From Saprolegnia diclina VS20 (Eukaryota), in the NCBI RefSeq assembly GCF_000281045.1, contig NW_008246078.1, positions 386,200-422,340 on the forward strand: a DNA stretch of 36,141 nt, given 5' to 3'. Under the pieces are notes generated by a model. It was not told the DNA's origin and searched no databases. It saw only the letters and a list, made by a program, of their open reading frames with translations. The translations under genes were made by a program, and so were the position numbers. The first letter of the stretch is position 1; each line of letters begins with the position of its first letter. Of this stretch, positions 33,719 through 36,141 are shown piece by piece.

Positions 33719-34659
33719 CGCGGCCGAAAATCTTTTAGCCCAAACTTCGAAGGCAGGCGCCGAGATTATTTTTATACGAGGTTGCTTACTTGCTTACAAA
33801 CGTCAAGTACAAGATTATAAAAATATAATCACTTGATGTTTGTAAGCTGAAACCGAAGTTTGAAAGCAGCTTCGAGGATCGCGTGCCGGCGTTTCACTGG
33901 CCTCTCTTGTGACGTCAGTCCGAGTTACTAAGATGGCGCGAGGACAATAATGTACACAGGGTTGATCAATAGCTAGTCTCTGTTGTCGTCGTAGTTTCTG
34001 GTGGTCTATTTGGTGTTTGAAACCCCGAAAATATGCCTGAGAGCGGATCCCACCGAGGCGAAATTGCTGGACAATCGCAAGACAAGATCGCCCCCGCCAC
34101 CGTACGCCCGCCATACGAATATACACTACAGGGTGGAGTCGGTGGTCGTGACGACCACCCGACCAAAGGTATCGCTGGTTAGTAGTTGTGCGTGCTTTTG
34201 TTGTTGAAAGGAATAATTTCCAGTGGGCACGAGTTACCGGCATATGCCGTTTTCATCTTGCTTCTTCCTTGTGTTCCTTGTGGTGCTCTTGTGCGATTGA
34301 TGACCTTCGCTTTCCGCGCGGGACACGACTTTGTTGGAGTACAAAAGAGTACGAAATGGTGGCGTTGCACCACTCTTTGGGTGGCATTCACTACAAAATT
34401 CGACCTACGCTCGTCACTTCAACTTCTCACGTTTTGTCTCTGTGTTCTCATCTCAATCAATAGCCCAACGTTGTCGTTTGAAACGTCTATATATATATGA
34501 GCGTGTTTTGCGTTATCTTTCATAATTACACAAAGACTTTGCATTCGTTGAGACTAGCAATCTCCTTTAGAAACGTCAATATTGACACTATTGTTTCCTA
34601 GTAAATAATGTACGCGACTCGGTGACATTCAGACAACATATTGTCGTCATCGGAGCGTG

Positions 34660-35094
34660 TCATGCGTCCATCTCGCGGATGAAAAAGTCGAGGCAGTCGT
34701 CAAACGAAAGTGAGGTGGCTTCCACCGGAGTGGGGCTTGTCAACGGGCCGAGGTTGGCGCTCGCTTCGAGCTTGAGGGGCGTGAACGCGTCAATGGACTC
34801 GTCTGGAAGGCTTGCCATCTCATCCTTGACGAGCCGCATCATGCCGCCCGTGTTGGTCGGGCACTGCAGCTTGCGCACGAGCTTCTCGCGGTACTTTTGC
34901 GCATGCGTCTGCGCCTGGCGCGGGGTGCGCGTGCCGACGTGCGCCGCGATGGCCTTCCACGGGCCACTTGGGTACTTGTCCAAGGCAACGAGGAAGCGCT
35001 TGTGCTCGGCCGGCGACCACGCGCCCGTGACGGTGGGCTTGGTGACGTTACGCTTGCGCGCCGGCGCCGCACTGGGCGGGAAAAAGTACATCAT
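34660..35094 (-). CDS. Single-repeat Myb (SHAQKYF-class) transcription factor, 144 aa, paralog of 1372-1845
   Basis: GAWSPAEHKRFLVALDKYPSGPWKAIAAHVGTRTPRQAQTHAQKY; C-terminal SFDDCLDFF. Confidence 0.92.
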   Translation of the reverse strand: MMYFFPPSAAPARKRNVTKPTVTGAWSPAEHKRFLVALDKYPSGPWKAIAAHVGTRTPRQAQTHAQKYREKLVRKLQCPTNTGGMMRLVKDEMASLPDESIDAFTPLKLEASANLGPLTSPTPVEATSLSFDDCLDFFIREMDA

Positions 35095-36141
35095 GTTGTG
35101 TGTGGCTTGGCAATGAGAAGCCAAAAGTGGAAATGAAGAACGGGGTTGACCCTATTGTAGATTTTGCAAAAAGACATGTGGTCTGTGGGCTACTAATCTG
35201 CCGCTCGCATAAAGCAAAAACAATCTAACCATAGCTGGGACATGTTCGATCACCATCGTCGCAGCCACGCGTGGAGAGAGCCGGGTAGGGCTGGGGTAGG
35301 GCTCTGGTGGAATAGGTGTTGCAAGATTCAAACTGCATGTTTGACCTGTTTCAAAAGATAGTCTTTCATAGAAAGAACCTCAAAGTGTCGCAATGACCCT
35401 GTGCATGAAAACTACAACATGTCGATGAGTTTAGCATGGGTCAGGTCAACATGACCAGCACGAGTCGCAGCATACATTGCACTAGTACAGTGCTGCTTTG
35501 CAGTGTACTCGAATTCAAAAGGCACCAGATTGATCAGCGGTCGAGTCGACAAACCGGATTGTAGATGAGCGTATGACTCACTCACACTGCTCGTGCTGCT
35601 GGAGACCGAAGAGAGATAGGATACTCGTGGCTTCTTCAACAAGAGCACTCAAAGTCCGTCGCAAACGAGACGACCGTCCTTCGTGGTGTTGAACAAAGCG
35701 GTGCGCAACACCATTCAAGCACAGGATCGAGTCGCTCTGTAGGCTTCATTGTGCTATTGAGTCGCTCGAGTACTGCAAATGAGCGCGATGAGTTAGCGAG
35801 ATATCAGATGACGTGGTGAGGCAAGCGCCTTGTTGAAGGACCCATCAAAGCTGCCATCGACCTGTCTGGTGCGACATTCGACATGTGTTAACGTAGTTTA
35901 ATTGATCTTGCACTGCATCTATCCGTTCCTAGCAGATATGCACGACTTCGAAACACTGCAAGTCGGCATCGAGGGCACCAAGGCCAAGGGGCCCGAATGA
36001 GATGGGATTACGTAGATCTCGTCACTTGATTCGTTGACTTCGTCATTCCACCATCTTACACTTTCCAGCTAATGTATTCGACTCGCGCTGTGCCTTCAAG
36101 GCTTAGGGAAAAGAAGCGGCAGAGTCGATGGCGCTCGATTA

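Noticed and set aside
35200..36141. Possible exons at the right end (ORF 35412-35648 on the minus strand)
   Set aside because: I could not build a consistent spliced frame or recognise a product.

Overview
Eukaryotic, gene-dense, GC-rich draft-assembly window with N gaps at 608-707 and 29373-29698. Very short GT-AG introns (41-68 nt, GTAC/GTGC/GTAA donors), Inr/FPR-like core promoters and the gene content point to an oomycete, probably Saprolegniales such as Saprolegnia (inference, not a database match). I reconstructed about 19 mostly spliced genes by hand. Well supported: two inward-facing 1R-Myb (THAQKY) paralogs near the window ends, ubiquitin-RPS27a, a two-domain TPR co-chaperone, a secreted TAP-like alpha/beta hydrolase, a membrane-anchored GH5+X8 beta-1,3-glucanase, a MAPEG protein, a divergent Cdc20/Fizzy WD40 protein, TMEM161 and COMMD4. 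Less certain: an Nnf1/PMF1-like kinetochore protein, a PDZ-like+IQ protein and several hypotheticals. A gene-sparse stretch at about 15.7-23 kb holds an L1-type retroelement relic, an orphan secreted repeat protein and a perfect 65-bp palindrome. I found no rRNA, tRNA or CRISPR and no clearly new multi-gene system. The best leads are listed under findings.
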